This document shows positions 42,148 through 53,867 of a stretch of 53,867 nt of DNA, one piece after another. Where the stretch lies: the NCBI GenBank assembly GCA_964498925.1, contig CAZCKD010000001.1, positions 1 to 53,867 of the forward strand, read 5' to 3'. The DNA is from an uncultured Granulosicoccaceae bacterium (lineage in GTDB: Bacteria; Pseudomonadota; Gammaproteobacteria; Granulosicoccales; Granulosicoccaceae). The notes under the pieces were generated by a model that searched no databases, was not told where the DNA came from, and worked only from the letters and a program-made list of their open reading frames with translations. A program made the translations under genes and the position numbers. The first letter of the stretch is position 1. The number at the start of each line of letters is the position of its first letter.

Positions 42148-43383
42148 CTAATGACCTCGGGATTGCCCCAGAGACTTCAGTAAGTCGTCTACGGCATCTC
42201 TGCGACTCTGATCAATCGCTGCATCACCTGTGTCATCGCTAGCTTGTGCAACGTTTGCAACCTCAGCGGCAGGACTTGAAACAGGCTGAGGATTCAGCAT
42301 CGCTTCTCGCTCTCTCAAATAATTCTCATAGTGCTCATCCTGCTCCACTGGCGCAGGTGTGCTAAGAACTTCTGCCACCGGACTCGAATCTTGGGCAATA
42401 GCCGAGGAAGCCGCTGTAATCGGAGTCACGCGAGCCGTCGCTACTTTTGCAACTGGCGGTGCTTTAGGCTGTTGCACAGCAGTTTTTGGTGCTCGAGCTG
42501 CCTGTGTCTCGACCGTCGACGGATCAATCGGGATAACACCGCTTTCCAGAGTTAGCAGCGCTCCTTGATGCATGGTGTCGCTGATATCTTTTAGATCTTG
42601 CTTAGAGAAAGTACCAAGAGAGGCCAGCGTGTTCAGGTCCTGAAAAACCGGAAGAGAACGAACAATCGCATCCAGATTAATTTCCTGCTCTGTGTCAATG
42701 GCGCTGAGCGCTTCAGGTATTGATTCAATAACAGCATAAACTGCAGCGACACTGTCTTGCTCACCCGTGAACAGAATGTCTCTGTCGCGATTTCGTTTTG
42801 ACATGACATTATCAATACGCAAATCAATCGCAGGTTTTCTAGCAATACTGGCGCACGCCGAATACAGCATGTCGATACCATCAATGGAGCGTGCCACCCT
42901 GTCGGGATCTGAGGCTCGCTCACCTGCATCGGTAAGGCGTATGCAAAGTCTTCCCTCACCAGCTTCCAGAGGAAGCAAATGGGCAGACTCTGACGGCTGT
43001 GGGGCTTCCTGAGGAGCGTTTACCTGGCTGACCAGGCGCAACATCCCGGGAAGATGATTTCCCGCAAACATCACCCGACTGGCAAGACGAACAATTTCAC
43101 CCTGATGCTGCTTGGGATCGCCCGCACTTGCAAACAACTGACGCCAGTACGAGGATGATCCTAAGGAATCAAGGTGAAGAATTTTTGTGATCTGCTTCTC
43201 AGAATCATTCAGGGTCTGAAAATTCTGAACCAACAATGCAGCCGCGTGCTGCAGTCTGGCACCTGCCGTAATGCGCTGATCGCCTTTCGCTGCACGATAC
43301 TGATTCAATATTGAGGCTATCTCAACCTGATCCAGTAACTCTACAATTCTGACGACAGCCATGCGCAGCTGATCTGCGTGCAT
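42148..43383 (-). CDS. Hypothetical protein of unknown function, with a globular N-terminal region and an Ala/Pro-rich tail
   Basis: Long ORF filling the gap between two tRNAs. GGAG lies before ATG 43383 (the ORF track starts it at 43413). No motif recognised. Confidence 0.75.
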   Translation of the reverse strand: MHADQLRMAVVRIVELLDQVEIASILNQYRAAKGDQRITAGARLQHAAALLVQNFQTLNDSEKQITKILHLDSLGSSSYWRQLFASAGDPKQHQGEIVRLASRVMFAGNHLPGMLRLVSQVNAPQEAPQPSESAHLLPLEAGEGRLCIRLTDAGERASDPDRVARSIDGIDMLYSACASIARKPAIDLRIDNVMSKRNRDRDILFTGEQDSVAAVYAVIESIPEALSAIDTEQEINLDAIVRSLPVFQDLNTLASLGTFSKQDLKDISDTMHQGALLTLESGVIPIDPSTVETQAARAPKTAVQQPKAPPVAKVATARVTPITAASSAIAQDSSPVAEVLSTPAPVEQDEHYENYLREREAMLNPQPVSSPAAEVANVAQASDDTGDAAIDQSRRDAVDDLLKSLGQSRGH

Positions 43384-43445
43384 GTTGGGCTCCATTGACA
43401 CCGACTTAAACACAGTAGTCGGCTGAATTTACTACTCCTGAATAC

Positions 43446-43522
<77 letters not shown>

Positions 43523-43669
43523 CCAGAGCCGTTGAGCTTAACGTAACCGTCAGGTTATTTGTGGAGAAAATGAGAAAAAAAACGCCCAGGTTATTACGTG
43601 GGGTATTAATCCCGCAGTCTTAATAGATTTGTAATAAAACCGCGCTAGTCCGCCGTTTGATCAGGGAGA

Positions 43670-44029
43670 TCAATTAGTGCGTAGGATTTTTAGTACGTCT
43701 TCAAGTTCAGAACGTAACTGTCTGATCATTTGCTGCGACTGAGTATTGTCATCTTTGACAGCATCGCCAGATAGATGCAGCCTCGCACCGCCGATCGTGT
43801 AACCCTCTTGATACAAAAGGCTTCTGATTTGACGTATCAGCATGACATCGTGACGCTGATAGTATCGACGATTACCTCGCCTTTTTACTGGCTCAAGGTC
43901 TGGGAACTCTTGCTCCCAATAACGTAATACATGAGGCTTCACCAAGCACAGGTCACTGACCTCGCCAATGGTGAAGTACCGCTTGTTAGGTATCGTGGGA
44001 AGTTCGTTATTGTTGCTGATTTCCAGCAT
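43670..44029 (-). CDS. MerR-family transcriptional regulator (conserved ihfA partner)
   Basis: [28 protein letters not shown]...KRRGNRRYY...GYTIGGAR. Confidence 0.93.
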   Translation of the reverse strand: MLEISNNNELPTIPNKRYFTIGEVSDLCLVKPHVLRYWEQEFPDLEPVKRRGNRRYYQRHDVMLIRQIRSLLYQEGYTIGGARLHLSGDAVKDDNTQSQQMIRQLRSELEDVLKILRTN

Positions 44030-44309
44030 AGGCTTCTACACGCGCTTTAAGTTTCTGGCCAGGTCGGAAGGTCACTACTCGACGAGCCGAGATAGGGATC
44101 TCTTCACCGGTTTTAGGGTTACGCCCGGGCCGTTGCTTTTTGTTCCTGAGAACAAAATTGCCAAAGCCGGACAATTTAACATCGTAACCATCTTCTAACG
44201 CAACTCTGACCTCTTCAAAAAATTGCTCGACGAAGTCTTTGGCCTCACGCTTGTTGAGTCCAAGTTCGTCAAACAACATCTCAGCCATTGCTGCTTTTGT
44301 TAGTGCCAT
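44007..44309 (-). CDS. ihfA: Integration host factor subunit alpha
   Basis: [44 protein letters not shown]. Confidence 0.98.
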   Translation of the reverse strand: MALTKAAMAEMLFDELGLNKREAKDFVEQFFEEVRVALEDGYDVKLSGFGNFVLRNKKQRPGRNPKTGEEIPISARRVVTFRPGQKLKARVEAYAGNQQQ

Positions 44310-44310
44310 T

Positions 44311-46755
44311 TCACACCCTTAATACTGCTCCGTGCGCAGCTTCCAATGCGGCGACTATTTTCACAACCACTTTTTCTACTTCTGCGTCCTCTAGGGTGCG
44401 CGAAAACTCCTGCAAGATCAAGCCTAATGCGATGCTTTTCTTACCTTCTGGCAGTTTGTCGCCATGATAAACATCAAAAACCTTCACATCACGAAGTATT
44501 TCTGGGGCTTCGGACCTCACAACATCGAGAATCGACTGATAAGAAACAGAACTGTCTAATAACAATGCAATGTCCCGTCTCACCTGCGGGAACCGCGACA
44601 TCCCTGCAGCCTTTGGCACCTGAGATCGGCACACAGCCTCCAGAGATAGCTCGAATACAACCGGCGCTGCGGATAAATCCAATGCACGCTGAATAGAAGG
44701 ATTAAGAACACCAATGTAGCCAGCGTTGACACCGTCGATCTGAATACAGGCACTTTGGCCGGGATGAAGCATCGCTAAATCTGTCGGTACAAATTTCACG
44801 TCAGAGCCATTCGCCTGCTTGAACAAACTTTCAAGATCGGACTTTACCGAAAAGAAATCAACGCTCATTGGAGCAGCATTCCAGTTCTCCGGGGCTCTTT
44901 CACCCACGACCAAACCTGCCAGCATGTTTTGCTGCTGCACACTTCGATCGCTTTGTAAGTCATCGCCGTGAGTGGCAACAATGTGTGCATCCAATGTAGC
45001 GACTTCAACGCCCGATGGGTTGGACAGAAAACGCAAGCCTGTCTCGAACAGCGCCATAGAATTGGACTGTCGCGCCAGATTCCTTTGCAGTGTTGAAATC
45101 AAACCACCGACCAACGTTGTTCTCATAACACCCAACTCTGAAGAGATTGGATTTGCTAGAGGTAATGCGGTTAAGTCCGGGCGCAGTGTTTCCTGCTGCG
45201 TCGCTTCAACAAAACTATACGTAACGACTTCCTGATAGCCTCTTGCTGCCAAACACTGCTTAACGGCTAATGGAGAGACCCGTGTTTCCGGTACCGGACG
45301 AAAAGTGGGCTGATGCGACGGAGAGGTTCTTGGCAATGAATCGTAACCAAGCACCCGCGCAACTTCTTCAAGGTAATCTTCTTCGATGGCTAAATCATAA
45401 CGATAGCTGGGAGCATCGACCTGCCATCCACCTTCAGTCGCTGAACTTTGAATACCCAGACGCGTGAAAATGGTTTGAACAACTGTTGCGTCCGGCGAAA
45501 TTCCCAACACACGTTGCAAACGACTTTCTCTAACCATGACCGACGGTCTTGCAGGCATTCTTTCAGAATTTTGCCAATCAACGACTGGCCCTGCTTTACC
45601 ACCGGCTATCGTCTTCATCAATCCTGTCGCATACTCCAGTGCTTCGCGCTGTCCGGCAGGATCAACACCACGCTCAAATCGATGTGCGGACTCTGAATGA
45701 GCTGAATAGCGCCGCGGCTTACCAGCAATAAGCTCTGGTAGAAACAACGCACTTTCGAAAAACAACGTTGTTGTATTTTCGTCGACGGCTGTTGACTCAC
45801 CACCCATTATGCCGGCAATGCCGATAGGGCCGGATTCATCAGCAATGATTGTGGTTTCTTCATCAAGCGCAACATCACGCCCATCGAGTAATACAAGGCG
45901 TTCCCCGGCCTTTGCCAAGCGAACTTGAATAGCGCCTTGAAGCTTATCGGCATCGAACGCGTGCATTGGCTGTCCAAGCTCCAGCATCACGTAGTTAGTA
46001 ATATCAACAGCTGGATTTATTGAGCGCACACCGGCTCGGCGCAAGCGTTCAGCCATCCAGTTGGGTCCTTTGGCCGTTATATCAACATCGGCTACCACCC
46101 TGCCCGCATAACGCACGCAGGCGTTGCCCGGCTCGACAACCACAGGCCATTCCGCTTCTAACTGAACCTTGGCATCATTGATTTCCCGCAATTGCAACGG
46201 CAGATCATTTTTTGCTGACAAATCGCGAGCAATGCCGCGAATGCTCAGACAATCGCCTCGATCAGGCGTTAGATCGATGTCGATAATGGAATCGTCCAGC
46301 TCAAGATAGACCGATAGGTCTGTTCCAACAGGCGCATTGTCGGGCAGCTCGATGATTCCGTCCGAATCCTCGGATAAACCCAACTCAGAGGAAGAACACA
46401 GCATACCCATGGACAATTGCCCACGAAGCTTCGCCTTTTTTAACTTCAAACCACTGGGCAATACACCACCCACTTGTGCCAATGCTGTCACCAGGCCCGC
46501 GCGGGCATTCGGAGCACCACACACTACTTGGACTAATTCGCTATTACCAAAATCGACCTGACAAACACGCAGACGATCCGCATCCGGGTGCTGTTCAATG
46601 CTGTCGATTCTGGCAATGATTACGCCTTTAAAACCAGGAGATGCAGACACAATCTCATCGACCTCAAGACCCATGAACGTTAGTTGTTCTCCTAACGTTT
46701 CTGTATCGACGGATGGATTGATCCATTCACGCAACCATCTTTCGCTGAATTTCAT
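44311..46755 (-). CDS. pheT: Phenylalanine--tRNA ligase beta subunit
   Basis: [42 protein letters not shown] and SRFP.VRRD motifs. Confidence 0.98.
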   Translation of the reverse strand: MKFSERWLREWINPSVDTETLGEQLTFMGLEVDEIVSASPGFKGVIIARIDSIEQHPDADRLRVCQVDFGNSELVQVVCGAPNARAGLVTALAQVGGVLPSGLKLKKAKLRGQLSMGMLCSSSELGLSEDSDGIIELPDNAPVGTDLSVYLELDDSIIDIDLTPDRGDCLSIRGIARDLSAKNDLPLQLREINDAKVQLEAEWPVVVEPGNACVRYAGRVVADVDITAKGPNWMAERLRRAGVRSINPAVDITNYVMLELGQPMHAFDADKLQGAIQVRLAKAGERLVLLDGRDVALDEETTIIADESGPIGIAGIMGGESTAVDENTTTLFFESALFLPELIAGKPRRYSAHSESAHRFERGVDPAGQREALEYATGLMKTIAGGKAGPVVDWQNSERMPARPSVMVRESRLQRVLGISPDATVVQTIFTRLGIQSSATEGGWQVDAPSYRYDLAIEEDYLEEVARVLGYDSLPRTSPSHQPTFRPVPETRVSPLAVKQCLAARGYQEVVTYSFVEATQQETLRPDLTALPLANPISSELGVMRTTLVGGLISTLQRNLARQSNSMALFETGLRFLSNPSGVEVATLDAHIVATHGDDLQSDRSVQQQNMLAGLVVGERAPENWNAAPMSVDFFSVKSDLESLFKQANGSDVKFVPTDLAMLHPGQSACIQIDGVNAGYIGVLNPSIQRALDLSAAPVVFELSLEAVCRSQVPKAAGMSRFPQVRRDIALLLDSSVSYQSILDVVRSEAPEILRDVKVFDVYHGDKLPEGKKSIALGLILQEFSRTLEDAEVEKVVVKIVAALEAAHGAVLRV

Positions 46756-46767
46756 CGCTTAGCCCGC

Positions 46768-47811
<1,044 letters not shown>

Positions 47812-47831
47812 TTACAGCTAGAGTTTTCCAC

Positions 47832-47867
47832 AAAAAAGGGGAACGCCGCACTTGTCGGCATTCCCCT
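47832..47867 (-). terminator. Rho-independent terminator between rplT and pheS
   Basis: Minus strand reads AGGGGAATGCCG-acaagtg-CGGCGTTCCCCT followed by a T-run. Confidence 0.85.
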
Positions 47868-47951
47868 CGGTCGATAAAGCAATGAGTGCGGAATGAGATC
47901 ATCCCTTCCCTTGCTTGGCGCACACCTTGATGATCAAGGCTGCATTTAAGA

Positions 47952-48311
47952 TCAGGCTGGCAAAGCTGCCTTTGCTTTATCGACGATGGCAACAAATGCA
48001 GCATCGTCAGCAACGGCCAGGTCAGCCAACATCTTTCTATCGATATCGATTTCAGCGATTTTTAGGCCCTGCATCAAACGGCTGTAAGTAATGTCGTTTG
48101 CTCTTGCAGCAGCATTGATTCGCGCAATCCAAAGACGACGGAAAATACGCTTTTTCGCTTTTCTGTCGCGATAGGCATATTGACCGGCTTTTGTGACTGC
48201 TTGCTTGGCAACACGAAAGACGCGACTACGGGCGCCTCGGTAACCTTTAGCTTGCTTTAATACTTTCTTGTGACTGGCGCGAGCCGTCACACCACGTTTT
48301 ACTCTTGGCAT
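47952..48311 (-). CDS. rplT: 50S ribosomal protein L20
   Basis: [26 protein letters not shown]...[12 protein letters not shown]. Confidence 0.98.
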   Translation of the reverse strand: MPRVKRGVTARASHKKVLKQAKGYRGARSRVFRVAKQAVTKAGQYAYRDRKAKKRIFRRLWIARINAAARANDITYSRLMQGLKIAEIDIDRKMLADLAVADDAAFVAIVDKAKAALPA

Positions 48312-48320
48312 GTCTGGCTC

Positions 48321-48524
48321 CTAGCGAAGATTCGGCAACATTCGTTTGATGAGTACAACATCGTTCTCATGAACCATGTCGCCCCCGCGTAAATGACGCT
48401 TACGCTTGGTGCTTTTCTTGGTCAGGATGTGACGCATATGCGAGCTCTTGCGCTTATAGCCGCCAGAGCCCGTACGCTTGAACCGCTTAGCGGCCCCAGA
48501 CACGGACTTTTGCTTGTTAGACAC
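48321..48524 (-). CDS. rpmI: 50S ribosomal protein L35
   Basis: GAAKRFK.TGSG...[15 protein letters not shown]; GTG start after AGGAG. Confidence 0.97.
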   Translation of the reverse strand: MSNKQKSVSGAAKRFKRTGSGGYKRKSSHMRHILTKKSTKRKRHLRGGDMVHENDVVLIKRMLPNLR

Positions 48525-48640
48525 TGTTTGACTCCTAAAATGTTGGGGAACAAACCCCGAGTGATGGTCACCGGTAACGTCGTAGTGTCAGTACGTCAAC
48601 GCGGCGTAATAACTGGTGCAATTTGCACCAGCCGGACATT

Positions 48641-49159
48641 CTAATTCTTTTTGGGCGCCATTACCATAACCATTTGACGACCTTCCAACTTTGGGAACTG
48701 CTCAACGGTACCCAATTCGGACAAATCTTCCTCAACGCGCTTGAGTAACTTGGCACCCAATTCACGATGAGCCATCTCACGACCGCGAAACCGCAGGGTG
48801 ATTTTGGTTTTATCGCCGTTTTCCAGAAACTTGACCAGACTACGCAATTTGACTTGGTAATCCCCGTCTTCTGTACCCGGTCGGAATTTGATTTCCTTGA
48901 GCTGAGCGGTTTTCTGTTTTTTGCGACCAGCGTTCTGCTTTTTGTTCGCTTCAAACTTGAAACGACCATGGTCCATGATTTTACAAACCGGTGGAGACAC
49001 ATTGGGGGATATTTCCACCAGGTCCAGGTTTGCCTCACGCGCGGTTTCCAGCGCTCTCTCTAGCGGAACGACACCTATTTGTTCGCCGTCGGCCGAAATC
49101 AGCCTGACGTCAGGGACATCAATCTCGTCGTTTTTCCGATTTACCTTTTTAGCAGAAAT
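48641..49159 (-). CDS. infC: Translation initiation factor IF-3 with an ATT start codon
   Basis: The frame is open upstream of the ORF-track start. ATT TCT GCT AAA gives [29 protein letters not shown], and GGAGG lies within the thrS 3' end. Confidence 0.95.
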   Translation of the reverse strand: MSAKKVNRKNDEIDVPDVRLISADGEQIGVVPLERALETAREANLDLVEISPNVSPPVCKIMDHGRFKFEANKKQNAGRKKQKTAQLKEIKFRPGTEDGDYQVKLRSLVKFLENGDKTKITLRFRGREMAHRELGAKLLKRVEEDLSELGTVEQFPKLEGRQMVMVMAPKKN

Positions 49160-49162
49160 ACG

Positions 49163-51100
49163 TCAGCCCTCCTGCGCGGCTGTGTTCACAGCTCGGCCGC
49201 GATCTGCGACCTCTTTGTTAAGCATCAAATTCAATTCTTCCAATGTTAAAACACCAAGGTCTTTACCGTCGCGGGTGCGCACGGCTACTGACCGACTTTC
49301 CATTTCCCTATCGCCGACTACCAGCAAATAAGGAACCCTCTGAAGGGTCCATTCCCGGATCTTGAAGCCAATTTTTTCATTTCGGACATCAGTCTGGGCA
49401 CGTAACCCGCTATTTTGCAACACTTCTGCTACTTCTTCAACGAAGTCTGCATGCTTATCGGTGATATTCAAGACCACAGCCTGCACTGGAGACAACCATA
49501 AAGGCAGCTTCCCTTCGAAATTCTCGATAAGAATACCGATAAATCGCTCGAAAGAACCCAGAATAGCGCGATGAAGCATAACGGGCACTTGCTTTTCACC
49601 ATGCTCATCAATATAGCTGGCATCCAGACGACCCGGCATAGAAAAATCTACCTGCATGGTGCCGCACTGCCACACTCGGCCAATGCAGTCCTTAAGCGAA
49701 AATTCTATTTTGGGCCCATAGAACGCCCCTTCCCCAGGCAACTCTTCCCAAGGCAGGCCTTTTGCGTCCAAAGCCTCAGCCAGCGCTTTTTCAGATTTAT
49801 CCCACGCTTCATCGCTTCCAACCCGACTAGGCGGACGTGTCGAGAGCCGGTAGATAATCTCGGTAAACCCGAAATCTTCGTAGACAGTGTGTAAAAAATC
49901 GATAAATCGGCTTACTTCAGGCTGAATCTGATCTTCCGTACAGAAAATATGGCCATCATCTTGAGTAAAAGCGCGTACACGCATGATGCCGTGAAGCGCT
50001 CCAGACATCTCGTTTCGATGACAAGAGCCAAATTCTGCAAATCGCAGAGGCAGGTCCCGATAGCTCTTAAGCCCCTGATTAAAGACCTGCACATGGCAAG
50101 GGCAATTCATCGGCTTGACGGCGTACTGTCTGTCATCAGTCGTTACTGAGAACATATCGTCGCCAAATTTATCCGCGTGCCCACTTCGCTGCCATAGCGA
50201 ATAGTCAACAATCTGCGGTGTCTTGATCTCTTGGTACTCTTGCCGAATCTGCTGCTCGCGCATGTATTTTTCAGTCGCAAGATAGATGGACCAACCCTTC
50301 GGATGCCAGAACACCATGCCGGGTGCTTCGTCCTGAACATGAAAAAGGTCTTGCTGTTTACCGATCCGGCGGTGGTCACGCTTTTCGGCCTCTGCCAGAT
50401 TATGCAGATGCGTCTTTAGCTCTTTCGGATTAGCGAAGGCCGTTCCGTAAATTCTTTGCAACATCGTGTTGTTGGAATCCCCACGCCAATAAGCGCCCGC
50501 CAGCTTCGTTAACTTGAATGCTTTTAAATGGCTGGTGCTTGGCACATGAGGGCCTCGACAAAGATCAGTAAAATCACCCTGCTCGTAGAGAGACAAGGTT
50601 TCGTTTTCCGGAATCCCTTCGATGATTTCGGCCTTATAGGCTTCACCGAGACCTTTGAAATATTCAACAGCATCATTTCGGCTTATCGTTGATCTGGAGA
50701 TAGCGATATTTTGCTCGGCGAGTTCTTTCATTCGCTTCTCTATTGTGACCAGATCTTCCGGCGTGAAAGACCGCTCGTAATCAAAGTCGTAATAGAAGCC
50801 ATCCTCTATGACCGGCCCGATCGACACTTGTGCCGTCGGAAACAATTGCTTAACTGCCTGTGCAAGCAAATGGGCCGTGCTGTGCCGCAACAAGGGCAAG
50901 GCCTCATCGCTTTTATTAGTCACGACGGCAAGTGTTGCGTCCGTTTCAATGGGGTGGCTGGCATCGACTAACTCTCCGTCGACGATGCCCGCAAGCGTTG
51001 CTTTGGCAAGGCCGGGGCCGATATCAGCAGCGACATCCATGACGGTGACTGCTTCTGGATATTGACGTGTACTACCGTCAGGCAAACTTATGATTGGCAT
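49163..51100 (-). CDS. thrS: Threonine--tRNA ligase
   Basis: TGS domain, [35 protein letters not shown] and HRAILGS motifs. Confidence 0.98.
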   Translation of the reverse strand: MPIISLPDGSTRQYPEAVTVMDVAADIGPGLAKATLAGIVDGELVDASHPIETDATLAVVTNKSDEALPLLRHSTAHLLAQAVKQLFPTAQVSIGPVIEDGFYYDFDYERSFTPEDLVTIEKRMKELAEQNIAISRSTISRNDAVEYFKGLGEAYKAEIIEGIPENETLSLYEQGDFTDLCRGPHVPSTSHLKAFKLTKLAGAYWRGDSNNTMLQRIYGTAFANPKELKTHLHNLAEAEKRDHRRIGKQQDLFHVQDEAPGMVFWHPKGWSIYLATEKYMREQQIRQEYQEIKTPQIVDYSLWQRSGHADKFGDDMFSVTTDDRQYAVKPMNCPCHVQVFNQGLKSYRDLPLRFAEFGSCHRNEMSGALHGIMRVRAFTQDDGHIFCTEDQIQPEVSRFIDFLHTVYEDFGFTEIIYRLSTRPPSRVGSDEAWDKSEKALAEALDAKGLPWEELPGEGAFYGPKIEFSLKDCIGRVWQCGTMQVDFSMPGRLDASYIDEHGEKQVPVMLHRAILGSFERFIGILIENFEGKLPLWLSPVQAVVLNITDKHADFVEEVAEVLQNSGLRAQTDVRNEKIGFKIREWTLQRVPYLLVVGDREMESRSVAVRTRDGKDLGVLTLEELNLMLNKEVADRGRAVNTAAQEG

Positions 51101-51107
51101 AATGATC

Positions 51108-51175
51108 TCAGTGGTGACCCCTACAATGGGCCACGTAGTTAGTTTCAGTGGTGACCCCTACGATGGGCCACATAG
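51108..51175 (-). promoter_or_regulatory. thrS translational operator made of two tandem tRNA-Thr anticodon-arm mimics
   Basis: 31-nt direct repeats at 51108-51138 and 51145-51175 (29/31 identical). Each folds as GTGGCCC-[ATTGTAG or ATCGTAG]-GGGTCAC on the mRNA strand. Confidence 0.85.
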
Positions 51176-51209
51176 ATCGAGTTTATGAGCAATTGATTGT
51201 AGAACATTG

Positions 51210-51238
51210 TTGACCCGAGACGGGCAGTTCCTTACACT
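51210..51238 (+). promoter_or_regulatory. Sigma70 promoter of tRNA-Val (possibly also purB)
   Basis: TTGACC-17 nt-TACACT, 12 nt upstream of the tRNA. Confidence 0.65.
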
Positions 51239-51250
51239 TGCGTCAACGGC

Positions 51251-51327
51251 AGGCGCGTAGCTCAGTTGGTTAGAGCATCACCTTGACATGGTGGGGGTCG
51301 TTGGTTCGAATCCAATCGCGCCTACCA
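51251..51327 (+). tRNA. tRNA-Val (GAC)
   Basis: AGGCGCG/CGCGCCT acceptor, TCACC-tt-GAC-at-GGTGG arm, GGTTCGAATCC and CCA. Confidence 0.96.
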
Positions 51328-51363
51328 ATTCCTCTTTTGCTCACTCCTTTTACTATTTACTAG

Positions 51364-52746
<1,383 letters not shown>

Positions 52747-52799
52747 CCCACCGCCCTTAACATCAAGGCGGGCAATCAGTTTCTACGACAGGTGCCTGA

Positions 52800-53867
52800 A
52801 TGACTGCGCTCTCGACTATACCCTCTACGATTAAATGGCCTGAGGGCATCGATGAGCAAGTCTTCCTCTCTGAGTATTGGCAAAAGAAACCTTTATTAAT
52901 TCGACAAGCGTTTCCGGCATTCGACACACCTTTTGATGCGTCAGAACTTGCCGGTCTTTCACTCGAGGAAGGTACAACCCCTCGTCTCATCATCGAAGAA
53001 CCTAAAGGTCACTATTCACTAGAACACGGACCTTTTAAAGAAGATCGATTCAGTCATTTGACGGCCAACAACTGGTCCCTACTGGTTACGGATGTAGAGA
53101 AGCACATTCCAGAGCTAGGCCACTATTTAACGCCCTTTCGCTTTCTTCCTTCATGGCGAATCGATGATTTAATGATCAGCTATGCGCCCATTGGTGCATC
53201 GGTTGGCGCCCATGTTGATGAGTACGATGTGTTCTTATTGCAAGCCAGCGGTCATCGTGAGTGGTCTATCGACTCAAGACAAGATGCCGAGCATATCTGG
53301 AATACTGATTCAGACCTGAAGCTTGTCGGTAACTTTAACCCGAACGATTCCTGGACACTGGAACCAGGGGATATTCTTTATTTACCACCGCATGTGGCTC
53401 ATCATGGCATTGCCAGTAAAGATGAATGTACGACATGGTCAATCGGGTTTCGCGCACCAACTATCCCGGATATGGTTTTACGCTTGAGCGAAATGCTGGC
53501 TGAAAACTCCCCAAGCTTTCGCTTTAGTGATGGCCCATTAACACCTGCGCAATCCGGTGAGATAGACCAGCAGGCGATTCAAAGATTCCAATCTCTGTGG
53601 CGCGAAGCTTTAGACGCAAGCACTAACCAATTCGCAGATCTTATCGGTGAATTTGTAACCGAATCCGGCTTCGCGGATGACCCACACTCTATCGGGCCGG
53701 AAGAGGATGATGTTTATGATTCCTCAACGCCTGTGAGAAAAGCTTCGTTTGCGAGAATGGCGTGGCATCAAACAGAATCGGCAAGTGCCGAATCATCAGC
53801 AGCCGAAGACGGTGTCTCCTTGTTCGTTAATGGGGAGAATTTCCGCTGCAGTATGTCCTTCGCGAAG
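52800..53867 (+). CDS. roxA: JmjC/cupin 2-oxoglutarate oxygenase, RoxA/YcfD family (ribosomal protein uL16 hydroxylase); runs off the window edge and is not in the ORF track
   Basis: Manual translation from ATG 52800: FLSEYWQKKPLLIRQAF...ELAGL...WRIDDLMISYAP.GASVGAHVDEYDVFLLQ...LEPGDILYLPP.VAHHG...SIGFRAP. Confidence 0.85.
   Translation, partial: MTALSTIPSTIKWPEGIDEQVFLSEYWQKKPLLIRQAFPAFDTPFDASELAGLSLEEGTTPRLIIEEPKGHYSLEHGPFKEDRFSHLTANNWSLLVTDVEKHIPELGHYLTPFRFLPSWRIDDLMISYAPIGASVGAHVDEYDVFLLQASGHREWSIDSRQDAEHIWNTDSDLKLVGNFNPNDSWTLEPGDILYLPPHVAHHGIASKDECTTWSIGFRAPTIPDMVLRLSEMLAENSPSFRFSDGPLTPAQSGEIDQQAIQRFQSLWREALDASTNQFADLIGEFVTESGFADDPHSIGPEEDDVYDSSTPVRKASFARMAWHQTESASAESSAAEDGVSLFVNGENFRCSMSFAK

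Noticed and set aside
43575-43605. Terminator between merR and tRNA-Pro
   Set aside because: A T8 tract is present on the minus strand, but the preceding stem is only about 4 bp, too weak to call.
47925-47940. FNR box (TTGAT...ATCAA)
   Set aside because: The spacer is 1 nt rather than 4.
48613-48631. NtrC binding site (TGCACCA half-sites)
   Set aside because: The half-sites are in the reverse arrangement and spacing, and no sigma54 promoter is nearby.
51108-51175. 31-nt palindromic direct repeats as a mini-CRISPR array
   Set aside because: There are only two copies with a 6-nt gap and no cas genes. The thrS operator explains them better.

Overview
Chromosomal core-genome segment of a Gammaproteobacterium, roughly 50% GC by eye. 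A free-living Granulosicoccus/Chromatiales-like organism is my guess only. From left to right it contains four blocks. (1) A long minus-strand run: crcB-serS, a fatty-acyl-CoA ligase, a Liv-type ABC importer, a PaaK-like ligase, a thioesterase, acetoacetyl-CoA synthetase, DUF1285 and ccmA. (2) infA facing clpS-clpA. (3) A ~15.6 kb Wzx/Wzy exopolysaccharide locus: short OPX lipoprotein, outer-membrane beta-barrel, split Wzc with a degenerate BY-kinase, one GT4, two CE4 deacetylases, flippase, a Wzy with long basic tails, a J-domain protein, TviB, a uronate epimerase and an ElyC/DUF218 protein. (4) LysR-mnmA-hflD, acnB, uvrB, tRNA-Asn, an orphan ORF, tRNA-Pro, the thrS-infC-rpmI-rplT-pheST-ihfA-merR cluster, tRNA-Val, purB and a partial roxA. 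I saw no transposase, integrase, prophage or CRISPR array. The most notable signals are the EPS locus architecture, a 31-nt tandem duplication before thrS whose two copies mimic the tRNA-Thr UGU and CGU anticodon arms, and the orphan gene between two tRNAs. All family calls come from motif recognition by eye; no database was searched.
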